A stretch of 64,000 nt of DNA from Candidatus Methylomirabilia bacterium (GTDB taxonomy: Bacteria > Methylomirabilota > Methylomirabilia > Rokubacteriales > CSP1-6). Shown piece by piece: positions 45,028-53,577 of the stretch (positions are counted from its first letter, which is position 1; each line of letters starts with the position of its first letter). The stretch lies in assembly GCA_041496385.1 (NCBI GenBank), contig JBGQEL010000009.1:19265-83264 (forward strand), read 5' to 3'. The position numbers and the translations under genes were made by a program. The notes below the pieces were generated by a model. The model did not search any database. It saw only the letters and a program-made list of their open reading frames with translations, and was not told the origin of the DNA.

Positions 45028-46125
45028 GTCCCCAGACGCCTGCGCGCGGCCGTCCGCCACGTGACGTGTCACGAGTCGCTCGATTGCCGCCTGCCGGTGT
45101 CCGGGCGACAGGTGCGAGTACCTTAGCGTCATCACCATTGACTTGTGACCCATCAACTCTCTGATGGTCACGAGGTCCACGCCCTCCATGGCCAAGCGGC
45201 TGGCGAAGGTGTGCCGGAGGTCATGGAAGCGAAAACCGACGATCTGGGCGGCGCGTAGGGCCGCAGGAACGGTCCTCGCGGCCCACCGAAGATCACGGTG
45301 ACTCTCCGAGTTGGGAAACACAAGGGCCGAGGCGTCGAGCGGCCGGGGGCGTCGGGACAGGATTGCCCGCACGGTCGAGGTCATCGGCACGTGCCGCGTC
45401 TCCCCATTCTTTGACTTCGGGACAGTCAGCACCGCTGCCTTGAAGTCCACATCACGCCACCGAAGCCCGAGAAACTCGCCTCGCCGAAAGCCGGTGTGAA
45501 GGAGCACCGTCACGCGCTCGCGGTTGGCGTCAGTGGATAGCGCAGCCATCAGACGCGCCTCTTCCTCGTCCGAGAGATAGCGAACCCGACCGCTCGGCTC
45601 GCGTAGCATCCGCAGTTTCGCTACGGGGTTCGTCGCGGTCTTCTCGTCCCGTCCGGCGACGTTGTAGACGCGTTTAAGAAGGGCCATCTCGCGGTTCACC
45701 GTGGCGGGCGAGACTACCTTGAGCCGTTCCGTCCTGATCTTGTCCAGTTCACTAGGTGTCACTTCCTCTAACGTGCGGCCCGCGAACCGCTCGGACCATG
45801 CCCGCCCATAGCGCGCGTCGTCCTTGTAGGACCGCTTCCGCCCCTCGATGCCCGCAAGATACTCACGAATCACGTCAGCGAGCAGGTAGTGGGTGGGCTT
45901 CGGCTGCCTAGAGGGACAGGGGCGCTCGATGCGATGGCGCTCGCTCTCTCGCTGGGCCAGCGCCTTCGGGCCGACCTGGGCACGGTGCAGATGCCCATGC
46001 GGGCACGCCCACCGAATCCACCAGTCGCCGCGCTCTCGGTGCCCCTTGCCCAGACGCCGCTCCTGAGTCCCGCGCTCGTTCACCCGCCAGAACACGCCTC
46101 GGCTGCCTGACTTCGCTAGCTTCAT
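45022..46125 (-). CDS. tyrosine recombinase/integrase
   Basis: TGFRRGE, SKNG, FHDLRHTFAS, MGHKS..MT.RY: catalytic R-K-H-R-H-Y present. Confidence 0.97.
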   Translation of the reverse strand: MKLAKSGSRGVFWRVNERGTQERRLGKGHRERGDWWIRWACPHGHLHRAQVGPKALAQRESERHRIERPCPSRQPKPTHYLLADVIREYLAGIEGRKRSYKDDARYGRAWSERFAGRTLEEVTPSELDKIRTERLKVVSPATVNREMALLKRVYNVAGRDEKTATNPVAKLRMLREPSGRVRYLSDEEEARLMAALSTDANRERVTVLLHTGFRRGEFLGLRWRDVDFKAAVLTVPKSKNGETRHVPMTSTVRAILSRRPRPLDASALVFPNSESHRDLRWAARTVPAALRAAQIVGFRFHDLRHTFASRLAMEGVDLVTIRELMGHKSMVMTLRYSHLSPGHRQAAIERLVTRHVADGRAQASGDE

Positions 46126-46346
46126 TGCCGCCTCCTGTTCGCCCGATTGGCCTTCCTGCGTGGAGGGAAGAAGTCTCGGACATCAATGCCCAACGCCTTC
46201 GCCAGCTTCTCTAGCATCGTCACGGTGGGACTCATGTGGCCGTTCTCGATCCGGACGATGGTCACGTAGCCGACCCGGGCTCGCCGGGCTAGCTCCCGTA
46301 CCGAGTAGCCCCTGTGTTCCCTCCAATGACTGAGTAGGACTGTCAT
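46122..46346 (-). CDS. Xre-family HTH regulator
   Basis: RE.RGYSVRELA..A......RIENG...P....L.KLA.ALG; ATGA overlap with the integrase. Confidence 0.9.
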   Translation of the reverse strand: MTVLLSHWREHRGYSVRELARRARVGYVTIVRIENGHMSPTVTMLEKLAKALGIDVRDFFPPRRKANRANRRRQ

Positions 46347-46353
46347 CGACTGA

Positions 46354-46382
46354 GTGGTATCAGATGAGACACCAACTGTCAA
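46354..46382 (-). promoter_or_regulatory. promoter of xre-int with palindromic operator
   Basis: TTGACA-N17-TACCAC with TGn; TGGTATC-N6-GACACCA inverted repeat at 46355-46374. Confidence 0.65.
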
Positions 46383-46735
46383 CGGGGCCGTTAGCGCAGC
46401 GGGCAGGGGGCTATGGGTCCGGCTGAATCAATGCCTCCCAGGGGCTCCCAGGCGCTCACAGAGCCCTTCAGCGGCTTCCTGCGGCATTGCCGATCCCTCA
46501 CACATCGGAGCGGGTCAAAGAGCGTGGCGAGTCACAAGACCCACGCGGCGGTCCCGCTGTGAGTTCAAGGACTTACATGGCCCAGAGCGGGAATTGCGGG
46601 ACAATTGCCCAGTTCCAGGCGACGTCCGGGCCCTCCCTTCCCACCCTGTGCAGCGCAAAGCTCAGAGAGTCAGCCACATACATGGCTTGGCCTGTCGCGG
46701 TTCCACCGGATTAGGGGCCGGGCTCATGGGACCAG

Positions 46736-46903
46736 TCACTCCAAGCCCTCGGACGCCACCCGCTCCACGTCGTCCAAGCGGAGCCTCAGGCACCGGCCCA
46801 CCCTGACGGCGGGGAGCCGTTTCTGATAGACCCACTTGCGAATGGCAGCCTCGGTCACGGCGAGCCGCTTGGCTGCTTCCTCTACCGAGAGCAACTGACT
46901 CAT
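46736..46903 (-). CDS. excisionase-like HTH protein (recombination directionality factor)
   Basis: MSQLLSVEEAAKRLAV....IRKWV....LPAVRVGR; SD GGAGG. Confidence 0.88.
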   Translation of the reverse strand: MSQLLSVEEAAKRLAVTEAAIRKWVYQKRLPAVRVGRCLRLRLDDVERVASEGLE

Positions 46904-47085
46904 TCCCGGTCCTCCAATGACTGTCATAGGACTGAATGCTTCAAAGACCGCCTGAGTCATCACCATGAGCCGGGGAGCGTGCTGGCCGCGCCCCAGACGA
47001 CGCCTGACGACGACTAGCCCCACCTTGTCCCGGCTCACTACCAACGCAGCGGCCGGGCGCGGGCTCTGAATCTGCTGGCTCCACG

Positions 47086-47265
47086 TCACTTGTCCAGAGA
47101 CTCCGCCCGCTGGATCGCCTGAGCTTTATCCGTGCCCAGGTCGTCCAAGAGTCGAATAAGACTTTGATAGACCTGTTCGTCGCCGTGTCGCCAGAAGAGG
47201 CGGAGTGCCCGGCGGTAGGCGTCCTCATTGCTCTCGATCTCTTTGAGGAGTTGTAGGTAGCTCAT
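47086..47265 (-). CDS. small hypothetical protein
   Basis: MSYLQLLKEIES...; SD AAGGAG; downstream of the replication-like gene. Confidence 0.6.
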   Translation of the reverse strand: MSYLQLLKEIESNEDAYRRALRLFWRHGDEQVYQSLIRLLDDLGTDKAQAIQRAESLDK

Positions 47266-47311
47266 GACTTCTCCTTCCGTGAACGACCGAACGACAAAAG
47301 AACTTCGGTCG

Positions 47312-48571
47312 TTATGTCGTAGGCCTCCAGACGATCCGGGGCCGCCCACTGGTTGAAACCGGGAATCCTTTGGCAAGCCCCAATGCCAGAATCAGCTGCA
47401 AGGCGCGGTCGATCTCTTGGCCCCGCAGATTCCGGCTGAACAAGTCTCGGATAGCAGTCTCGTCCAACTCGCCACACCGCCGCATCTCCGACATGATGCG
47501 ATCCGCTGTAGGGTCGCCCAGTCTGTCCCCGAAGATCAGTCGAACGGAGGCTTCCGAGTAGTCCCACAGGGCTAGCCCTGCCTTGAGATGCACTGGACGG
47601 ATCTCGGGCGAGCGGTCGAGTAGCGCATAGACCAACGCAAGACGCATGACCTGCGCTTCCGCACGATTCAGAATCGCGCCCAGGAGACCGGGCTTACCCT
47701 CGGAGAGCGCAGGGTAGACCTTTACCCATTGCGCCTCGGCCTCTGTCTCTCGCGCCACTTCTCCGAGAGTCCTGGCAAAGTCGAAGACGTCGGTAAGCCT
47801 CCGCTCTAGCGGTTCCAGGACATCCGTGGGGGCACCCTTGGGATTCGGGATGATCTTCGATCGACGAACCATGAACCACAGGAACCGATTCGCGAAACCG
47901 TTGGCCTGTTCTGTTTCGTTGAGCAAGCGGAGCAGCTCGTTACGGGCAATATGTCCGATGATGCTGATGTGCGCTCCTGTAGCCGTGATTGGGTTCGCTT
48001 TCGTGAGTGGGTGCAGTTCTCCGTGGTCCCACGCATCCCGGATGGTGATACTCAGGATGTTGCCCTCACGGCGCATCACTTTGAGAGGCTGCGCGAATTC
48101 CTCCTCCAAAACGAATAGGCGCTTGTCTTTCTTGCCGGGATCGTCGTGAACGGGATCTGGGTCCCGTACCGTGTAGATCAATCCCTCGCCGGAAGAGAGC
48201 CCGGACGTGATCTGCGTCGCCCAGGTCGGGTCTAGCCTCGTAAGGACATGCTTCGGCGTAGACCAGCTCTGCCCCTTGCGTCCCTTACTCGTTTCGCCAA
48301 CCAAGACGCCGAAGAGTCGTGCCGGGTGCTGAGTGAACTCCACTTTGAAGTGAGGACCGGAGCCGATCAGATTCCCGAAGGCTGCGAGGACTTGAACCAG
48401 TACTGACACGGGGTCGGCCTCAGTATAGGGACTGATACCAGTGACGATCTCTCCAGCGAGACCACTCAGCGCCTCCGGAGCGAGCGTTGGCCAACCCGGA
48501 GGAGGTGGGAGAGGGTTCCCTGGGTCGGTTCCCGTTTGTTCAAAAGCCTTCAATCCGTCAACCAGCGTCAT
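47312..48571 (-). CDS. DUF3987-like P-loop replication/helicase-like protein
   Basis: LVGETSKGRKG, SSGEGL, LFVLEEEF, LSI.IRDAWD, GFANRF; C-terminal wHTH-like tail. Confidence 0.75.
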   Translation of the reverse strand: MTLVDGLKAFEQTGTDPGNPLPPPPGWPTLAPEALSGLAGEIVTGISPYTEADPVSVLVQVLAAFGNLIGSGPHFKVEFTQHPARLFGVLVGETSKGRKGQSWSTPKHVLTRLDPTWATQITSGLSSGEGLIYTVRDPDPVHDDPGKKDKRLFVLEEEFAQPLKVMRREGNILSITIRDAWDHGELHPLTKANPITATGAHISIIGHIARNELLRLLNETEQANGFANRFLWFMVRRSKIIPNPKGAPTDVLEPLERRLTDVFDFARTLGEVARETEAEAQWVKVYPALSEGKPGLLGAILNRAEAQVMRLALVYALLDRSPEIRPVHLKAGLALWDYSEASVRLIFGDRLGDPTADRIMSEMRRCGELDETAIRDLFSRNLRGQEIDRALQLILALGLAKGFPVSTSGRPRIVWRPTT

Positions 48572-48699
48572 ATTCCTCTCTGTCCTTTCCGCTAAATTGG
48601 CCTTCCCTGCTCTTCATTGTATCGGCGACAAGGGATCGTGTCACATTTGACGAATGATTTCTGTTGCCACGATAATCTTGGTGATGCGAGACTGTATCC

Positions 48700-49422
48700 G
48701 TGACACGACAACAAGATGGCGGGCTGGGGCTGGAAGCGGCGGGCTACAAGCGCGCGGACTGGAGTGCCGATCGGCGTGCGCAGTGGCTCCTGACTTTTGC
48801 TTCTCTCGATCTCAATCGCACAACGCAGGGCCAGTCGAGACAGCTCCATGCTGACCTAGCGGGATTTCTCTGGAGTTCCTACGCCACGCAGACCGGCGGA
48901 CGGATCTCGATGTCTCCGAGTGGCCGCCTAGTGCGCGTTGACCGACCGGCACGGGCAATCTTCATGACGGGGCGAATCGCCGCGCCATCGCGTGCAACCC
49001 TTGTGAGATGGCAGCGCTGGTTACGTCACGGCTTGAGCACTCTCAGTAGAGACGAGCGGCAACGAAACGTGTGGCTCATTGCACCAAAGGGAATGGCCTA
49101 CAGCCTTCAGCGAGTTGGACCAGGGCTTGTCGGGCAGTCGGTCATGATGCGTGCCTCGACAAAGGATTGGTTTCGGGATTTCACCTATCAGACGTTCGTC
49201 GAGGCGGAGCGCTTGCGATTTTGTAAAGTGTGCGGCCAACCGTTTCTGAGGCAGAGACGACAGGAGTACTGCACCCCCCGATGTTCACAGAAGATACGTA
49301 CGTTCACACATCGGTATCACCATCGAGAGCGGATCAACGAACGCCGCCGGGAGGCGTACGAGAAGAAGCAGCGCGAGACGCACGGCGCTAACGTCGTAGT
49401 GAGACGCCGCGTTCAGCGTTGA
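48700..49422 (+). CDS. hypothetical protein with C-terminal CGNR-like zinc finger
   Basis: RLRFCKVCGQPF.....QEYCTPRC followed by a basic helix. Confidence 0.7.
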   Translation: MTRQQDGGLGLEAAGYKRADWSADRRAQWLLTFASLDLNRTTQGQSRQLHADLAGFLWSSYATQTGGRISMSPSGRLVRVDRPARAIFMTGRIAAPSRATLVRWQRWLRHGLSTLSRDERQRNVWLIAPKGMAYSLQRVGPGLVGQSVMMRASTKDWFRDFTYQTFVEAERLRFCKVCGQPFLRQRRQEYCTPRCSQKIRTFTHRYHHRERINERRREAYEKKQRETHGANVVVRRRVQR

Positions 49423-49483
49423 TCTTACCCTTGTTGCGTGTGATCGGCCTGGTCGTCATATGCGTCTCCTTGCCATGACTCCG

Positions 49484-50671
49484 TCACTTGTAGATGTTGT
49501 TCACGCCAGGGATTTCGCAAGCCTTAAAGCTCGGCTTTGCCCCCACGGGCTTGTGCCAGCATTCCCAGGTCAGTCTAACTTTACCGCCGCTGAACGGGTC
49601 TCGATACACAGCGCGAATCCAAATGTAGAAATCCTTCGCCCCGATGCTCATAGCGTCTGCGTATGCGGGAGAAGCATTCCAGCACTTCGCCTTCAGGTCT
49701 TTCTGTGGTTCTCCGCCGGGCGCGATCGTAATGTCGCTCGGCCATGGATTGTCCTCCCCAGGCGGATACTTGGCCTCGGGCCAGCAAGCCACACCGTACT
49801 TGATATTGAACGCTGGACTCTTACCGACATTGCGTAACTCAAAGATGACGGTCGGCAAGTGCTCATTGCTGATCTCGAAGTGATCCACCTTGCTGAGCAA
49901 CCATGCTCGCTCGGTAGCATCCAGGCCTCGCTCGGTGGCGTCCAGGGCTCGCTGCATCGTGAGCCACTGAGCACCCGCAAAAATCGTGTAGACAATGAGC
50001 ACGCATAGCGAAAGAGCACCGACAGCCCTTGCCCACCAGTCGGGCGATCGCAGCGTAGAGACAGCAGCGTTCGGCTGCGCCTGTTGTTGGGGACTTGACG
50101 AAGATGGTTCCGCCGCGCCTGTCCGTGCCCACGTTACGTAGATGGCAACGACTATCACGACAAAATAAAGCCCAACAAACAGTTCGGCAATCGCGAGCAG
50201 TTTCCCCCAGATCGATGCCTGATTGCCTTCGGGCCCCACCGTCGCCAATGTCCGAAGACTCTGATAAACAGCGGTGATCCCACGATTCCATTGAGACCCG
50301 TCAGCAGGTCCGAGCCATAGCCAGCCCACCGAAAAGCCGAGGGCCAAATCCAAATAAGCGACGATGGTCAAGAGTGCTGACCGTAACGGACTGATCGGCG
50401 GTCTGCTTTCGAAGACATACGCAGTGTTGACCACGAGGGCGTCGAGGATGAAATAAGCAGCCGCTCCCGCCACCGCGATGCTCACGACAACGTCAGGGCA
50501 CCGGAGCGACAACCCTATCAAGAGGATCAGGACTCCGGTACGCGTGAGGACAAACCAGCCTTCGCAGCCGGACGGGAAGAGACAGGCGACTGAATAGTTA
50601 TCGCTGTAGGTGCGAAGCCACTGTCCGCGTTGATGCCACCAAGCCCGCGAGCGCTCCCTATGGTCCCTCAA
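49484..50671 (-). CDS. membrane protein with K+-channel-like pore module fused to a second TM plus soluble domain
   Basis: TM-pore helix-TM pattern AVYQSLRTLATVGPEG...GKLL; later ERAW...RNVGKSPA. Confidence 0.65.
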   Translation of the reverse strand: MRDHRERSRAWWHQRGQWLRTYSDNYSVACLFPSGCEGWFVLTRTGVLILLIGLSLRCPDVVVSIAVAGAAAYFILDALVVNTAYVFESRPPISPLRSALLTIVAYLDLALGFSVGWLWLGPADGSQWNRGITAVYQSLRTLATVGPEGNQASIWGKLLAIAELFVGLYFVVIVVAIYVTWARTGAAEPSSSSPQQQAQPNAAVSTLRSPDWWARAVGALSLCVLIVYTIFAGAQWLTMQRALDATERGLDATERAWLLSKVDHFEISNEHLPTVIFELRNVGKSPAFNIKYGVACWPEAKYPPGEDNPWPSDITIAPGGEPQKDLKAKCWNASPAYADAMSIGAKDFYIWIRAVYRDPFSGGKVRLTWECWHKPVGAKPSFKACEIPGVNNIYK

Positions 50672-50735
50672 CGTCCGCCTCTCATGGGCCCGGATGGGTC
50701 CACGCCTCCAGGTCCGGCTATTCGAGCGCCGCTCG

Positions 50736-51104
50736 TCACTTGCCGCCCTGGCCCGCGTGAATGACGAACGCTACGACGCTACCAATCGTGTCGAACACCA
50801 ACCCGAGCAGGGCCTTGATAGGCGGGAACGCCAAGAGCGCCACGAGGATCGCTGCCACGGTAAGCCAAAACGACGAGGCGGCGGATAACGACGCTGGCCG
50901 GGAGAAGCGGCCGTCTCTCAGGGCTGCCAGCAGTTCTCGGCGCAACTCGGTCTCTTCTTGCGCCACCTGTTCGGTCTCGAACGCCAGCTGTGCGGCTTGG
51001 CACTCGGCGTCACTAACGTGATCGTCCCCCGCCACGCCGCAGAGGCGGCATCGCCCCGGCTCTGGCACCTCATGCTCCACTGGTTCGCCGGGGAGACTCG
51101 TCAT
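50736..51104 (-). CDS. small membrane protein with CxxC..H..C motif
   Basis: CRLCG...DH...EC, two C-terminal hydrophobic segments; ATGA overlap. Confidence 0.6.
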   Translation of the reverse strand: MTSLPGEPVEHEVPEPGRCRLCGVAGDDHVSDAECQAAQLAFETEQVAQEETELRRELLAALRDGRFSRPASLSAASSFWLTVAAILVALLAFPPIKALLGLVFDTIGSVVAFVIHAGQGGK

Positions 51105-51454
51105 TTCTTCGCTCCACGCGGGTCCACGGTGTCGGGGAGGCAGACGTATCTCCACGTCCTTGTCCCTTGAGTCCCCAGAACCTCGTAGCTTCCTGGAAAT
51201 CCGCCAGCCACGTTGTAGCCCTTCGTCTTCAGGAGTGTTGCCTTGCTCCCTACAGCGTGATCACATTCCTCGCGGGTGGCGTGCGCTGAATCGACATCGT
51301 AGTGTTCTAGGCCCGAGCGTGTATCGAAAAGATACGACCACAACACCCACGCGCACTCGGCGTAGGCGGGCGCGGCTGAGGCGAGCAGAAGCAGTACGAC
51401 CGCGAGCCAGAGTCTGCGAGCCGATCGTGAGGTTCCGGTCTCCCGGGTACTCAA
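51101..51454 (-). CDS. small secreted protein (AECAWVLW...CLPDTVDPRG type)
   Basis: Signal peptide ending AYA; three Cys. Confidence 0.75.
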   Translation of the reverse strand: MSTRETGTSRSARRLWLAVVLLLLASAAPAYAECAWVLWSYLFDTRSGLEHYDVDSAHATREECDHAVGSKATLLKTKGYNVAGGFPGSYEVLGTQGTRTWRYVCLPDTVDPRGAKK

Positions 51455-52098
51455 TAGCTCACCAGCGGCGAGTTGGCAAAAATCATCGTCCGTCCAAGGC
51501 CAAGCGGGCAGACGGTGTCACGGGGAGTCGAGCCACCCGTCATTGTGTCGGTAGTTACGGGAGGCAGTATCTTCCTGCCAGGGGCTATCGGCGCGGAGTG
51601 CGTCTGGGTGGAGCGGAAGTGCCAAGTATCGAGCGAGCCTGGGCCATCACGCTTGAAGGCTTCCGCACTTGCGTTTGGCGAGCGTTGTGCAGTCAGAGTC
51701 GCTGCCGTCAGCACGCCCACGAGTCCACTTGGCCCCGCTGAACCGGCCCATGTCACCACGTCGGCTGTCTGGCGGACCAACGTCAAGTGCAGCGACCAAG
51801 TCACCACCGCACAGTCGCCGCTACTGCCCGTCGTGATGGAGACGAACTGACAGGTCAAACGCCGATCCGTGTCCTGCACACACTCGGCGGCGATTCCGAT
51901 ATGGGCTTGAATCTTCCCCTCGCGGACTTCTGTGCCCCACATTTGCGATGTCCGCACAAGCTGTGGTTGGTCCGCTGATGCTGCCGTGCCAAACAGGGTG
52001 AGCACCAGAATCACTGTCCCAGCAACCGTCATTTGCCTCATTGCCAATGTCTCCATCGGGGAATCCACCAGCATCGCGGACAGCCATCCCGTCTTCAA
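51451..52098 (-). CDS. secreted beta-rich hypothetical protein (start may be a downstream Met)
   Basis: Signal peptide MRQMTVAGTVILVLTLFGTAASA; TTGA overlap at 52095-52098. Confidence 0.6.
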   Translation of the reverse strand: MKTGWLSAMLVDSPMETLAMRQMTVAGTVILVLTLFGTAASADQPQLVRTSQMWGTEVREGKIQAHIGIAAECVQDTDRRLTCQFVSITTGSSGDCAVVTWSLHLTLVRQTADVVTWAGSAGPSGLVGVLTAATLTAQRSPNASAEAFKRDGPGSLDTWHFRSTQTHSAPIAPGRKILPPVTTDTMTGGSTPRDTVCPLGLGRTMIFANSPLVSY

Positions 52099-52298
52099 TT
52101 CCACCCCGCACGGAGGTCGGCCAGCAGCAAGTCCGCCGCTGCATCCCGGGGCGTCACCCACCGCTCGAACACCACGCCGCACGGACAGGACACGGTGAGC
52201 AGGTAGCCGTTCCATGCGGGCTCGGTCGCATCGCCGGTCAGGGTGCCGTGGGGTCGGTGGGCGTGGACGAACTCCTCAAGGTCGTGGAGGAGCGTCAC
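52095..52298 (-). CDS. small His/Cys-rich hypothetical protein (HRPHG...CPCG)
   Basis: 67-aa ORF; GTGA overlap with the SBP stop. Confidence 0.7.
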   Translation of the reverse strand: MTLLHDLEEFVHAHRPHGTLTGDATEPAWNGYLLTVSCPCGVVFERWVTPRDAAADLLLADLRAGWN

Positions 52299-53284
52299 TC
52301 GATCACCTGATCCGCCCGGCTCAGCACCGACTGCGGGATCGTCAGCCCGAGTGCTTTCGCGGTCTTGAGGTTGATCACCAGCTCGAACTTCGTCGGCTGC
52401 TCGACGGGCAGGTCGCCGGGCTTCGCGCCCTTCAGGATCTTGTCCACATAGGTGGCGCTGCGTCGGAAGAGATCGCGCAGGCTCGGCCCGTAAGACATGA
52501 GGCCCCCGGCCTCCACATTCTCCCTCAGGCCGTATGCTGCCGGCAGGCGGCTCCTTGCTGCGAGGTCTGCGAGCTGTGTTCGGTGGAGATTGAACATCGA
52601 GTCTGCCACTACGAGGAGTGCTCCCACGCGCTCTGTGGCCATCGCCGCGAATGCGCCGTCGAACTCGTTGGGACCTCGGACCTCCAGGAGTTGAAGCTGC
52701 ACGCCCAACGACCGGGCCCCGACATTCAGTTCCCTTATCGAGAGCGGCTGGCCCGGATTACCCGGGTTCGAGAGGATCGCCACACGGCGGACCTTGGGGA
52801 CGGTCTCCTTGAGCAGCTCCAGCCCTTTGCCGGCTATTTCCAGGCCGACGCTGAAGGACAACCCTGTGACGTTCCCGCCTGGGTGTGCGAGGCTCGCGAT
52901 GAGCCCGATGCCAACAGGATCGCCAACGGCAATCGCGACGATGGGGATCGTCTCGGTGGCCTTCTTGGCGGCCACCGCTGCTGGCGTCGGCGCCGCTACG
53001 ATGATGGCCACCTTGAGCCGGACCAGCTCGGCCGCGAGGTCGGGCAGCCGGTCGAACCGACCCTCCGCAAATCGATAGTCGATGACAATATTCTGACCCT
53101 CAACCCACCCGAGCTCGCGCAGCCCTTGCCGGAACGCGTCGAGGAAGGGCGACGTATCGGAAAGGGTCCTCGTCCCAAGAAAACCTATCCGAGGCACCTT
53201 TCCCGCCTGCTGCGCATCGGCAGTGAGCGGGGCGGCGACAAGACCGCCGGCCAAAGTGCCGATGAACGCGCGCCGCGTGGTCAC
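52295..53284 (-). CDS. ABC_sub_bind-type substrate-binding protein, orphan, Tat-like signal
   Basis: RRAFIG, RIGFL, GGNVTG, GGLMSYG, DLPVEQPTKFELVINLKTAKALG. Confidence 0.93.
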   Translation of the reverse strand: MTTRRAFIGTLAGGLVAAPLTADAQQAGKVPRIGFLGTRTLSDTSPFLDAFRQGLRELGWVEGQNIVIDYRFAEGRFDRLPDLAAELVRLKVAIIVAAPTPAAVAAKKATETIPIVAIAVGDPVGIGLIASLAHPGGNVTGLSFSVGLEIAGKGLELLKETVPKVRRVAILSNPGNPGQPLSIRELNVGARSLGVQLQLLEVRGPNEFDGAFAAMATERVGALLVVADSMFNLHRTQLADLAARSRLPAAYGLRENVEAGGLMSYGPSLRDLFRRSATYVDKILKGAKPGDLPVEQPTKFELVINLKTAKALGLTIPQSVLSRADQVIE

Positions 53285-53288
53285 TGGA

Positions 53289-53543
53289 TCACCTCATCCG
53301 CCCGCCCCAGCACCGACTGCGGGAGCCTGTTGCCCTCGTCAGCGAGTGCTCCATCCCGCTCGCGTAGAACGTCGCCCGCCAGCGCTGCTCGTCGTAGCGG
53401 GTAAGTTGGAGGTCGTAGCCCTGACGCGCCATGCCGACGGTGACGGCACCGATGCCCGGCCACGAGTCGAGGCAGCGGTGGAGAGCGTGGAGGACTGGCG
53501 CCTGCTGGCCCTGGAGTCGCAGGAAGCCTACCGCAGCGCGCAT
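53289..53543 (-). pseudogene. hypothetical protein (GMARQGYDLQLTRY type) whose 3' end is replaced by an SBP gene tail
   Basis: Reading frame runs into a 44-bp copy of the SBP 3' end in a different frame. Confidence 0.55.
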
Positions 53544-53577
53544 CAGACGAAAACGACTGCCCACTCGGCGACGTCCT

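Noticed and set aside
44898..45164. ORFs overlapping tRNA or att sequences (also 55669-55992, 23581 start, 41236-42063)
   Set aside because: Translations of tRNA/SRP sequence, not proteins.
46383..46735. Possible replication origin or packaging site of island 1
   Set aside because: Only short repeats (GCGGGA twice, GCGTGG/CCACGC) are visible; not enough to call.
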